In this document: piece after piece, positions 47,709-60,381 of the stretch | Layout: every line of letters begins with the position of its first letter | How positions within the stretch are numbered: the stretch's first letter is position 1 | Assembly (NCBI GenBank): GCA_009914755.4 | Contig: CP068257.2 | Span: 40,384,001-40,448,000, forward strand | Direction: 5' to 3' | Length of the DNA stretch: 64,000 nucleotides | Source: the human T2T-CHM13v2.0 reference genome, Homo sapiens | Program-made: the position numbers and the translations under genes | Notes under the pieces: model-generated | The model's database searches: none | What the model was told of the DNA's origin: nothing | What the model saw: the letters and a program-made list of their open reading frames with translations, nothing else

Positions 47709-48115
47709 GTGACTGTTCTGTGGCCCTGATACGACTGTTCTGCGGCTCTGATGTGACTGCTCTGTGGCTCTGAAGTGACTCTTCTGTGGCTCTTATGTGT
47801 CTGTTCTGTGGCTCTGAAGTGACTCTTCTGCAGCTCCAATGCAACTCTTCTGTGGCCCTGATGTGACTGTTCTGCGGCTCTGATGCGACTGCTCTGTGGC
47901 CCCGATATGACTATTCTGCGGCCCTGATGCCACTCTTCTGCAGCTCTATGAGACTGTTCTGCAGCTCTATGAGACTGTTCTGCAGCTCTATGAGACTCTT
48001 CTGCAGCTCTATGAGACTGTTCTGCAGCTCTATGAGACTGTTCTGTGGCTCTGATGTGACTCTTCTGCAGCTCTGATGTAACTGTTCCGTGGCCCTGATC
48101 GACTGTTCTGTGGCA
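47709..48115. repeat. Minisatellite/VNTR: 24-bp unit (consensus about ctgtggctctgatgtgactgttct), about 17 imperfect tandem copies
   Basis: tgtgactgttctgtggccctgatacgactgttctgcggctctgatgtgactgctctgtggctctgaagtgactcttctgtggctcttatgtgtctgttctgtggctctgaagtgactcttctgcagctccaatgcaactcttctgtggccctgatgtgactgttctgcggc...ctgcagctctatgagactgttctgcagctctatgagactgttctgcagctctatgagactcttctgcagctctatgagactgttct... The minus-strand 223-aa ORF shows the matching 8-aa periodicity (AAEQSHRA). Confidence 0.9.
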
Positions 48116-48592
48116 CCCACATTCTTCAGAGCCACACTCAGATGGAAGCTTTGCTGTGTGCAGGGGATGAAACCAACTGTCATTCATCCTGCTGGAGGCC
48201 AGGATGTCTGCCACACCCCCCGGGGCTGCCCCCTGCCTGTCTTTCCTGAAGACGTTCTCTCTCTGGCCCTGTTCCCAGGGCAGGCTGAAGGACAAAGGAC
48301 AGGAAGGTAAGGTCCCAGGAGTGACCCCCAGTGTGGAGGATGAGAGTTGTTGGATAAATGTCCCAGCTCCCTCCTCCCTCCATGGGGCAGTTCTGGGGCA
48401 TGTTCTGCTCAGACCTCAATGCAGTCCCAGTGGGATGAACCGAAGTTCCCTCTGGCAGGGATCCTCTCTCTAGGGTACCTGCACTCCTGCCTTCACTGTG
48501 CTTCCTGAGATCACCCCCAAAATCAACTGCTTGCCCCCAAATCTTTGTCATAGGGTTTTCAAGAGAGGGACGTGAAGCAAAGACACTCATGA

Positions 48593-48985
<393 letters not shown>

Positions 48986-50975
48986 TAGGAATAATGCTTG
49001 GTGAAACATTTTATTGAGTCATAAAGGTTCTAATTTACTTATTTGGAGCTAGATTTTTCTGACATTTAAAAGCTTGTGTCTCAATTAATTTGCCGTGTAA
49101 AAACAACACGTGGCTGCACACTGCCGTCCCACCCAGGTTAGGTATGAGGAGGAGGAGGGGAGCAATCCCGCAGGCATGGATTTGGGGGCGGGGTGACCTT
49201 CCTAACATGTTTTAACTTACACCGTGGAGGCACCTTCAGCTGTGCCTGCATCTGAGGTCAATTCCGATTCCCACATCCACCCCGCTACACACACCTCTTC
49301 CCTCCATTCCATCCCGCTAGTCTCTCCTGCAGGGTGAGATCTGAAATAAACAGAAATACTGCAGATGTCAGAAAGCAGGTGTCTAAAGCACCCTGCGCTC
49401 TTGAGCCTGTGGCAGCTGCAGGTTTTTAAATTGATAGCAGGGGTGAATCAAGAAGGCAGATGCTTTGCTGTGGCCCCACCAAGGGCCAAGGACAAGCGGA
49501 GGCTCTGTTCACAGTCACTCTTCCTTCTAAGACTCCAGGTCTGTGATGTAATTACCACCAAAAGCAGAATCAAGCCAAGTTGTCCAATATGACTTAATTA
49601 ATTATATTTCACCTGTAACAGTGACTAACTGGTCCATACTTGTCGGGCCTGCTCTGGTGGACGGTAGGTCAGTCTCTGCTGGCCCCTTGATGCTCATCTG
49701 TGCTGCCTGAGGATGTGACAGCGGCCCATCCCGCTACGGGGCCCAGGTGTGCTGCTTGGGGGAGGCAGCAGGACTCTGAGGACCACAGATTTAAAAAAGC
49801 ACAATATTTTGGAGCATCTTTTTACCCTTTTGTTATGGAAAGGTTGTCCCATCCCTTGATCCTCCCACAGATCCCTCGTCTCAGTGCTTGGAACTTGCTT
49901 GGTTTAAGAAGTCAGAACAGGAGGGCTGTGATAATCACACGCTGATGATTGTGAGGCACAAGGGTTGGTGGTGTCTGCCTGAAGGGTGGGGAGGGGAATG
50001 TGCGAGCCGCAGGACGCCCACCAACGCCGAGGGGCGAGGCACAGGGAATTCTAACCTCCCAGCAGTGGGTGGTCAGCACGGGATCTACTTTAATACCATG
50101 AATAGTGTTTCCAATGACATTAACAGTGACAATGGCAACTAAAAGCACGCTCCGTTTTACAAAGTGCTTCACATCCATGGTTTTGTTTGATCCTGATGAT
50201 AGCTTGTGAGTGAGGTTTTCTTTATAAAGCCTCATTTCACCCAGGAGGAAGCTGGGGCTCAGAGAAGCTAAGTGCGGCCCTACCAGCCAGTAAAGGATAG
50301 TGCCGGGGCCCAGGGGACCTTCCGAGCCTCGTGGCTGGGCTCTGGCTGGGTTTGGTGACAATGGCTCTTTCTCTGGACAGTTGTGGGTGCACAGGAAGGT
50401 GGCCCCGTGGGCCTGGCTGCAGCAGCTCCATCTGTGAGTTCCCGTCCAGTCCCCAAGAGCCAAGGGCATCACTTGTCAGACGACCGACCGAGAGCCACGT
50501 GAAACCGTGGGCCTTCGCTGGTGTCCCTTTAGAAGCTCGAAGATATCCCGCATGTCTCACAGTTTTGGCCTGAGGCTTCCAGCCCACCTCACGTATCCCA
50601 TTCCACGCTCCTCACCACCCAGCCTGCCTCAGCTCGGTGTCTTCTGGGCTCCTCATTCCAGCCTCGGGGCACCTCCCTGCAGCCCCATGCCTGCCTCCTG
50701 TTCATTGTGGCTTTGAGCCCCCAGAATGGGTTTCTTTGGGAGCTGGTGGTCTCCAGCATTGGAGGTAAATCCTGCAGAAGTTGGACCCCCAACTTCCATC
50801 ATCAGATGGACTCGACGTAGCTGTTTATATCTTCAGCTGGGCAGCCACAGCATGGGTTTGGTTGAAGGGAGAAGAGAGAAATTGATTTCAAAAGTTGATA
50901 ATTAAATGTGTATGATTTTCTTATTTTTCTCTTTCTAACTTTAAGAGGATCTTCTTGGTCACAGATCCTGGGCTA

Positions 50976-51287
<312 letters not shown>

Positions 51288-51769
51288 TGAACACTAAGCC
51301 CAACCCTCCTCTGGCCCAGTCACCGGCTTTCACTTGTCCTCATGGGCCATCTCCCGCACCTCAGCCCTACCCGACCTGCTCCTCTGGTTCTGTTTAGTCT
51401 TGTCTGGGCCTCTGTCAGCCAGTGGCCACCAGAGGAGGTGAAGGCTGGGTCACACAGACTCCCTCCTCCCCATTGTCCCTGAGCCTCTCAGGCAGACCTG
51501 TTTTAGGGCTTGGGGGGTGTGGAGGTCTCCCTGGGGGCTGGCTAGGATGAGCCCAGGGAGGTGGCTGGGGATGGAGTGAAGGATGGACCCTGTAGAAGCA
51601 GATCCTCAGTCCTGACCATGCCCTCCTCCAGGACCCTGAACAGCTAGGCCGGGCACATGCCAGCGCCTTCCACTCTTCCTGCCTCTCGTCTCCTGAGGCT
51701 GTGTGGGTGGGGGTGGATGGGGCATTAGTACAAATTTTCCCACCTTCAGACTTTCAAGAGCCATGATTC

Positions 51770-52005
51770 CCATGTTTGTTTGTTTTTTGAGACAGATTCT
51801 TGTTCTGTCACCCGGACAGGAGTGCCGTAGCTCAATTTTTTGTTTTTTGTTCTGTTTTTTTTTTTTTTTTTTTGCTTTTTTTTTTTTTAGTAGAGATGGG
51901 GTTTCACTATGTTGGCCAGTCTGGTCTGGAATTCCTGACTTCAGGTGATCCACCCGTCTCAGCCTCCCGAAGTGCTGGGATTACAGGTATGAGCCACCCC
52001 ACCCC
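51770..52005 (-). mobile_element. Alu, minus orientation, with an internal deletion of most of one arm replaced by T-rich sequence
   Basis: tttgtttgttttttgagacagattcttgttctgtcacccggacaggagtgccgtagctcaattttttgtttt...ttttagtagagatggggtttcactatgttggccagtctggtctggaattcctgacttcaggtgatccacccgtctcagcctcccgaagtgctgggattacaggtatgagccacccc. Confidence 0.8.
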
Positions 52006-52754
52006 ACCAAATCTCATGTTTTTACTGCCCTTCCCTTCCCAGATGACTGGAAGCCCATCTTGGGATAGTCCCCTTCCCTTCCTGTCCTACTTAGAACAGC
52101 TACATTCCAATGGTCCCTTGTAGTTGGCTGCGTGTCCTGGTGTCTGTCAGGGCACAGAATGCAGCTGAGGCACCTTGAGTCTGAAAAGTTGGAAGGACGG
52201 AGAATTCAAAATTGGCTTTGAGTTGAAAATGGAATTCAAATACAGTCAGCTCTTCTTGAGTATTGGAATTAGTGGTAGAGGGTGTATTGGAGGTACAGTA
52301 ATGATGTGTGTTTGAATGTCACCCCTCCACTCCGTCCCAGTGGTTCTGTATGTCTAACTCTATCTGACTTAAGCTCATATGACCCATATTACCCTCCCCA
52401 GACAACCCCCAAGAGGGTGTGCATGGGCGAGGGGAGGTGGGGGGGGGTTGCTGGCTGCTCAAGAGCGACATGGAGGACCAGGGCCGCACAAGCTCATTTG
52501 GAAGCAGATGGGGACAGTTACCTCTAACAGCTTCATGACTGAATGACACCACAACCACTGGTGTCCTTGGCCATCAGAAATCCCTTTCCCCAAGGGAGTG
52601 GGGAAGCTGCTACGTGAGCTAGCTACATAATATCAACTAGAATTAGAGGCGCTTGCTTTCCATGTTGAACTTAATCATAGTTTGTTATTACTTCCCATCC
52701 CCGCCTGGCTTAGTTTGTTCATTGTGCCCCTATAAAGAGTGCTGAGGCTGGGTA

Positions 52755-52800
52755 ATTTATATATACATATATGTATGTACGTATGTGTATGTATACATGT
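52755..52800. repeat. (TATG/TACA)n simple repeat
   Basis: atatatacatatatgtatgtacgtatgtgtatgtatacatgtatag. Confidence 0.8.
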
Positions 52801-53042
52801 ATAGTTTATTTGGCTCATGATTCCAGATGGCTGCAAAAGTCCATGGTTGGGCGTCTGCATCTGGGGAGGGCCTCAGGCTGCTTCCACTTATGGGGGAGGG
52901 CAAAGGGGAGCTGGGTGTGCAGAGACCACAGGGCGAGAGGGACCCAGCGGGAAGGAGGGGAAGTGCCAGGTCCTTTTCAGCAACCAGCTTTCTTGGGAAC
53001 TAATAGAGTGAGAACCCACTCAGCCTTAGGGAGGGGCGTTAG

Positions 53043-53432
<390 letters not shown>

Positions 53433-53856
53433 TAAAGGATCTGGACCTGGCAGGTGATCTGGCAGGTGACTTTAGGTCACTATGGGAGTCCTTTAACTTT
53501 TACACAACTGCAATCTCCACGTCCACCTCTGCTTAAATCACACGGAGGCCGGCTGCCCAGCAAGTTTGAGAGCAGCACTTTATGAGTTTTCTGCTGATCA
53601 TTCCCCTAAAGTGAAGTGCAGCCAGCCAAGGTAGTTATTCAAAACCTCGCTCAGTGCCCACTTGGCTTCCTCTGCCCAAGACAAGATGGCTTGCTCAGGA
53701 AGAAACACCTGCATCCCCAGTGGCAGCATTGTTGCAGGGCAAGGAGCAGCATCCACGACTCTTGTCCTTTCTCTGTGTCTCTAAATGCAAAGGCCAAACA
53801 TGGGACATTTCAACAGATTCAAGCCAAGGAGAGGGTGGGAGAATCATAGTCTTTAA

Positions 53857-54137
53857 AATTTGTTTTGGCCGGGTACAGTGGCTCAGGCCTGTAATCCCAG
53901 CATTTTGGGAGGCTGAGGCGGGCGGGTCACAAGGTTAGGAGTTCGAGACCAGTCTGGCCAACATAGTGAAACCCTGTCTGTACTAAAAATACAAAAATTA
54001 GCTGGGTGTGGTGGCACACACCTGTAGTCCCAGCTACTTGGGAGGCTGAGGCAGGAGAATCGCTTGAACCCAGGAGGTAGAGGTTGCAGCCAAGATCGTG
54101 CCATTGCACAGAGCAAGACTCTGTCTCAAAAAAAAAT
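53857..54137 (+). mobile_element. Alu, plus orientation, with a small right-arm deletion
   Basis: ggccgggtacagtggctcaggcctgtaatcccagcattttgggaggctgaggcgggcgggtcacaaggttaggagttcgagaccagtctggccaacatagtgaaaccctgtctgtactaaaaatacaaaaattagctgggtgtggtggcacacacctgtagtcccagctacttgggaggctgaggcaggagaatcgcttgaacccaggaggtagaggttgcagccaagatcgtgccattgcacagagcaagactctgtctcaaaaaaaaa. Confidence 0.9.
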
Positions 54138-55155
54138 TGTTTTTAAAACAATAAGGCAGGATTTAGACATTGGTAACTGACTATCCCATGTTTATTTGAA
54201 GTACCATGGAATTTTAGTGGCAGTATTTATTCAAAACCTGTCTCAGTGTGAAAAAAATATTTGGTTTCCCAGAGACTGTGCTGGGGGAGGAAGAATTCCG
54301 GGAAGCCACAATTGGGCTTAAGCATCTCTAGTCCAAACAGTTGGGGAGCCATCGGTTTCCATGTCTGTCGGGTAATTGAATGACATCATTGGGCTGAATC
54401 CGGGGTGACTGTGCGGCAGGGGGCTTTCGGCTTCGAGGGAGAGAGTCTCACCATTTCTTACCTATAGGAAAAATACCCATTGCGCATCTGAGAATTTAGA
54501 GGGTAAGTAATGCCCAACACCAAGCTAGAATATTAGGCCTTGGGGAAATTTATTTTGGCTGAATGGGATTTATTTTAAGATTCTGAAGTCATTACCACTG
54601 CACTTTATTTTCTGAGTAATGTGCCTGTCTTGTAGACTCTCGGGAGGAAATGCTTCACTCCAGCTTTATTTAGGTCATTACCACAAGGCCAAAGCAAAGA
54701 CCACGTGTGAGGTCACTGACTGGCTGCTGCCAAGGGCAGGTTTATGACCGTGTAGTGGATGCCTTCCCGGCAGCCCCGCCACCAGGCTGGCTGATGCACA
54801 TGCCCAGCTCCCGCACGATGCTTTTTAGCCTACAAGGTGCTGGGCTGTTAAGGGGCGGAGGTTCGGGGAACAGGGGCTACGCCAACGCACAGGTAGATAG
54901 GGGCTGGTCTGCTTCCCCTGGGGCTTCAGGAAAACATTTGAATGTTTCTTTCTTCCCCAGTAACAATGAGCAGGTTGCTCGGACCACTTGCCGGGGGCGT
55001 CTAACCGACCTCTTCTACGCCAGGCATATTAGCCGCTTGTCACGGGTCAGTGACAGATGGAGTGGACGGTAGTAGGAATCTGTATCGGAAATCTGTGTCC
55101 GACCTTCCTTTACTGCTTCCTGGGCTTAAAAACCTTGATTAAAATGTTTGTCTCC

Positions 55156-55485
55156 TGGCTGGGTGCAGTGGCTCTCTAATCCTAGCATTTTGGGAGACTG
55201 AGGCAGGAGGATTGCTGGAGCCCAGGAGTTCGAGACCAGCCTAGGAAACAAGGCAGAAACCCCATCTCTACAAAAATAAAAATAAATTAGCCAGGTGTGG
55301 TGGCCTACGTCTGTAGCCCAGTTCCTTGAGAAGCTGAGATGGGAAGATCACTGGATCCTCCCACCTGGTTAAGCCCAACCAGGAGGTTGAGGCTGCAATG
55401 AGCTATGATTGCACAACTGCACTCCAGCCTGGGTGACAGAGCAAGACTCTGTCTCAAAAAAAAAACAAAAACAAAAACAAAAAAA
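55156..55485 (+). mobile_element. Alu, plus orientation; it is older and more diverged, with a roughly 30-bp insertion in the right arm
   Basis: ggctgggtgcagtggctctctaatcctagcattttgggagactgaggcaggaggattgctggagcccaggagttcgagaccagcctaggaaacaaggcagaaaccccatctctacaaaaataaaaataaattagccaggtgtggtggcctacgtctgtagcccagttccttgagaagctgagatgggaagatcactgg...gcactccagcctgggtgacagagcaagactctgtctcaaaaaaaaaacaaaaacaaaaacaaaaaaa. Confidence 0.85.
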
Positions 55486-57239
55486 GGGCTTCTTTTTTTT
55501 CCCCCTCATAAAAGGCATATCCTACACCAAGTTTTCCTCAAATATGAATAGGCCCAAGAACCACCTGTAGATCTTGTAGAGCTGCAGATTCGGATTCAGT
55601 AAGTCTGGGACAGGGCATAGGAGTCTCGCAAGCTCCCAGGTGACACTGATGTTGCTGGTCTGGGGCCACACTTTGAACAGCCGGGCCCCAAGCCTCTCTC
55701 GACTCCAGGAGACATCCAGGGCTGGCTTGCTCATTGCTTCTCCTTAGCATGGTGCGGTGCCCACTCTGGGTGCCGGGGTCCACGTCCCCATCATTATTAT
55801 GGTCAGCATATAGCTGTGACCTTTCTGACATCAATGTGGATGTGCGATAAGTCCATGTTTGCGGGAACCTAAGGAAAGACCCACTTACTCATCATCTATG
55901 AAGGTGTGGGTAGGAGACAAGAGAGCCGTGCAGAGAAACGAGAGTCAGGAAGAGAATGAGGAGCTCTGGGCATGGAGATGGACACCAGGGACCAGTGGGG
56001 AAGCTGAACGGGGCCTGGGCCTCTGCAAAGAGACCTGGCGGGGAGGGGGCAGAAGTGGGGTGCTCACCTGTTGGCATGTCCAGGGCGGGGTGGTGGCAGA
56101 TTCAGGCTGAAGTTCAGGCTGAGCCCTGGAGACCCAGGCAGAGTTGACCCTGCCTCCTGGGGACCAAGGAGCCTTCAGTGAACTGTCACCCCCTACTGCA
56201 GAGCCCAGGACGTGCAGACAACATGTTTTGAATGAATGGAGTGGAAGTCAGGTACAAATATGAGACAAGGGCCTGATGCTGTGTGTAATGCTGGGTCAGA
56301 CCCGTGGGCAGGTGAGCAGTGCTTGCTTAGAGGGGACCTTGGGCCTGGTTTCCCTTGCTCTGTGGTCCTGCTTCTGAGCTGAGTAGCTGTGGACCTATCG
56401 TGGGGAGGAGGAACTCAGAATATGCCCAGCTCAGAGTCTGGGTCTTAGAAGAGAGAAACTGGGGGCGTGGTGCAAGCCCTGAGGGCATTCAGCTGTGTGG
56501 TCCAGGGGAAACCACCATAGCTTTGGGGGGTCAGACTGTGAGGCTCAGAACCAGGCAGCCGGCCCCGCCCGTGTGTTCTACTCCACACACGCCGTGTGAG
56601 TTGCTGTTCATGTGGTCCAGGGCACTGCCTCACCCTGAGCATTTCATCCACTGGACACTGGGTATTTCTCATCGCAGAGGAGCCTGCACAGGCTACAGAG
56701 CACGACCAGACTGAGAGCTCTGAGAGGGGCCCTGGAGGAAAGAATTTGCAGCATGATGTGCCCAGTCCTTAGACCCTCTGTCCCCAGGTGTGTGGCCTGC
56801 AGCATACCTGTGCATTCTGTGGGTCACCGATGTCTCCAAGAAGGGAGCATTTTCTCCGGAACCCAGCAAGGAGCAGCTGATGAAGGCCTGCTGACTGCTT
56901 TTGGCTTTGCGAGTGCTCTTGAAACCCGTGTACTCCCCAGGAGCTCTGGGCAGCTGCTTCGGCTGCAAGAAGCCTTCACTCACAGATATGGATGCGTCCC
57001 AGGGCACCTCACTCCTGCCTTTATTCTTCCAGCCACACGCCAGGGGTCCCCAGGCCACCTCCACTGAGATTAGGCAGTGTGTTTCTATCATGATTCACAC
57101 ATTAGCCATTGTGATATACAATTTTAGCCTTAGAAAAAAGTTGCAAGAATAGTACAAAGAAACGTTTGTACACTTCAACCAATTCATTAATTGTGAGCAT
57201 TTTGTCTCATTTGCTTAATATCCTCTCTCTAGTATAATC

Positions 57240-57530
57240 TCTATGTATATATCTTTTCTTACATGTATATAGTATCATCTCTGTCCATGTACATATCTTT
57301 TCATATATATGTGTGTATATATGTGCATATACATAGATGTGTATGCAAATATATGTGTGTATGTATGTGTGTATGTAAATATATGTGTGTGTGTGTATAT
57401 ATGTGCATATACATATGTGTGTGTAAATATATGTGTATGTATATGTGTGTTTATATGTGCGGATACATATGTGTATGTAAATATATGTATGTATATGTAT
57501 GTTTGTATATATGTACACACACATAGATTT
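57240..57530. repeat. Complex (TG)n/(TA)n/(TATGTG)n microsatellite cluster
   Basis: atatatgtgtgtatatatgtgcatatacatagatgtgtatgcaaatatatgtgtgtatgtatgtgtgtatgtaaatatatgtgtgtgtgtgtatatatgtgcatatacatatgtgtgtgtaaatatatgtgtatgtatatgtgtgtttatatgtgcggatacatatgtgtatgtaaatatatgtatgtatatgtatgtttgtatatatgtacacacacatag. Confidence 0.85.
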
Positions 57531-58559
57531 TAGGGCAAGAACTATTTAAAGAGGTTGTGGACATCAGGTTTCTTTTCCCAAGTGCTTTGGTGTGTATTGC
57601 TAGGAATAGTCATTCTCTTATATCACTGACATTGTTATATCCTACCCTTGAACCCATCATCCTTATTCAAATAGAATGCCCTTTGCAACCACGTTTTTTC
57701 CGGTTTAGGATCTTTTCTCAAATTCATGCTGTATTTGCCTTCATGATCTTGATGATACTGAGGGAAGGATTATTTTCATTTTCTTTAGTAAAGAAAGTGC
57801 AAAACTAGAACCAACAACATCAAAGTCGCTTTTATTGAAAGGCTTGGAATCCACATCGATGGATCCTTCCCATCGATCAGCAAAATCCAAAAACCTATCT
57901 GCTGGGTGGATCTCCGCATGTGGCTGACCTCCAGGGAGCAGGTGGGCACGGTGGCCTGTTTTCAGGTTTGCAGTGTATGAGGCGACACCATCTGGATACT
58001 GGCCTCCTCCGAGTCTGTCTGACCGAGAAGGCAGCCCCTGGTTCTCCAGTCTTGACTCTGGTTTCAGATGCTGCTCTTGGATTAAAAAGCAGATTTCTGG
58101 CCACGCTCTTTGATCACAAATTTAATTACAAAATTTGCTCTAACCCCAAAGGAATGAAAACTTACCAGCTAAATGAAAGCTGCAAGTTGCTAGATTTTGA
58201 CTTGATCAGCCTGTCTTTCTGTAACCAAATAATCATTCTTTGTCCCGATGCGATGTTGGTCACCCTCAACATCAAAGCCCTTTTGTGGGACGCCTTTATC
58301 TCTCTGAGGGCCTGTGTGGTGCAGATAAGGGGAGTGAGAGGAGATGATGTGATCACCCTTGGCCCTACTCTTACATCCGGAGCCAGCGGTGGGACTTAGA
58401 CCGCAGCATCCTGACCTGACTTCCAGGCTCTGCTTCCAGCGGGAGAGCTTCTCCAGCAGGCTGAAGACACATGCAAAATTAAGATACACTTTCAGGCTGG
58501 CTTTTATGATAAAAACCCCAACTTAAAATTTTTTTCCATAAGTTACTGGGGGGCAGGTG

Positions 58560-59770
58560 GTATTTGGTTACAAGAGTAAGTTCTTTAGTGGTGCTTTGTA
58601 AGACTTCGGAGCATCCATCACCCGTGCAGTATATACTGCACCATGTTTGTAGTATTTTATCCCTCGCCCCCCTCCAACTCTTCCCCCTAAGTCCCCAAAG
58701 GCCATTGTATCATTCTTATGCCTTTGCGTCCTCATAGCTTAGCTCCCACGTATCAGTGAGAACATATGATCTTCGGTTTTCCATTCCTGAGTTACATTAC
58801 ATAGAATAATAGTCTCCAATCTCATCCAGGTCACTGCAAATGCTGTTAATTCATTTCTTTTTATGGCTGCATAGTATTCCATCATTGTATTATGAAAATT
58901 TTCAAACACACAGAAAAGTGGAAACAATTGTAAAGTAGACACTCTAGGTTCTACAGTTAATATTTGCGGTACTTTATCACACATCTACCCACCCGTTTAT
59001 CTCTCATCCATCAACCCTTGGCATCTTGTGTTTAATGCATTTCAAAGTAACTTGCGGACCTCCATTTGTTTCCCTAAATATTTCACCTGGCGTATCATTA
59101 ATTAGAGCTTCATATTTGTTTACAGTCCTTTTTTGAGGTAAGATTTAGATACAGTGTTATGTGCAAATGCTAAGTGTACATTCATTGAGTTCCAACAAGT
59201 GCATAAACTTCTTTCAAGGCTTAGAACATCCCCAGAACCCTAGAAGTTTCTCTAATGCCCTTTCCAAGCAATACCCCCTTCAATCTTCAGAAGCAAGCAC
59301 TGCTCTTATTTTTTCTTCACCACAGATTTGTTTTGCCTGTTCTAGAACTTTATAGAAATGAAGTCATGTCGTATGTAGTCAGTTCTGTCTGGCTCCTTCC
59401 GTTCAGTGTGTTTTGTGCTATATTCATGTCATTTGTGACGTGCTGAGGATTCATTTCTTTTTGTTAGTGAGTAGTATTCCATTTTAAGAAGATATAATTT
59501 GTTTTTACATTCTCCTCTTAATGGGCTGTTTCTGGGTTTTGGCTATGATTCATAAAACTGGTGTGAACAAATATTTTTGTGGACATAAATTTTCCTTTAT
59601 CTTGAGTAAATATCGGATTGAAATGGTTGGGTCTGGGGTAGGTGTATTTTCGGTTTTATAAGAGACTTCCAGGCCCTTTTCCAGATGGTTGCACCACTTT
59701 ACATCCACCAGCAATGCTTGTGCGTTCCAGTTGCTCCACAGCAGCACCACTAAAGTCTTTTTAAAATGTT
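58560..59770 (-). mobile_element. Old L1 (L1M-type) 3'-region remnants, minus orientation, composite and rearranged
   Basis: Minus-strand ORF 58739-58984 contains ...MEYYAAIKRNELTAFAVTWMRLETIILCNVTQEWKTEDHMFSLIRGS, the L1 ORF2 C-terminus. The plus-strand strings ggctgcatagtattccatcattgtat and gtgagtagtattccattttaagaagatataatttgtttttacattctcctcttaatgggctgtttctgggttttggctatgattcataaaactggtgtgaacaaatatttttgtggacataaattttcctttatcttgagtaaatatc are the reverse complement of the L1 ORF2 3' region (tgctgagtagtattccattgtatggatataccacaatttgtttatccattcacctgttgatggacatttgggttgtttccagtttttggctattatgaataaagctgctatgaacattcgtgtacaag...). Confidence 0.75.
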
Positions 59771-59856
59771 AGCGATTCCCGAGTGCAGCATGTATAACCT
59801 TCCAAAAAATTCAACATCATCTTCCGCTGTGTTTCCATCCATCTGAAGCCTGTTAG

Positions 59857-60381
<525 letters not shown>

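Noticed and set aside
47624-48295. 223-aa minus-strand ORF with repeated AAEQSHRA motifs
   Set aside because: It exactly tracks the 24-bp minisatellite. A frame-preserving tandem repeat creates a pseudo-ORF, and there are no splice or start signals.
49912-50472. 186-aa minus-strand ORF in unique GC-rich sequence
   Set aside because: It has no recognisable domain, no Kozak or splice context, and a length typical of chance in 55-60% GC DNA. There is insufficient evidence to call it a gene.
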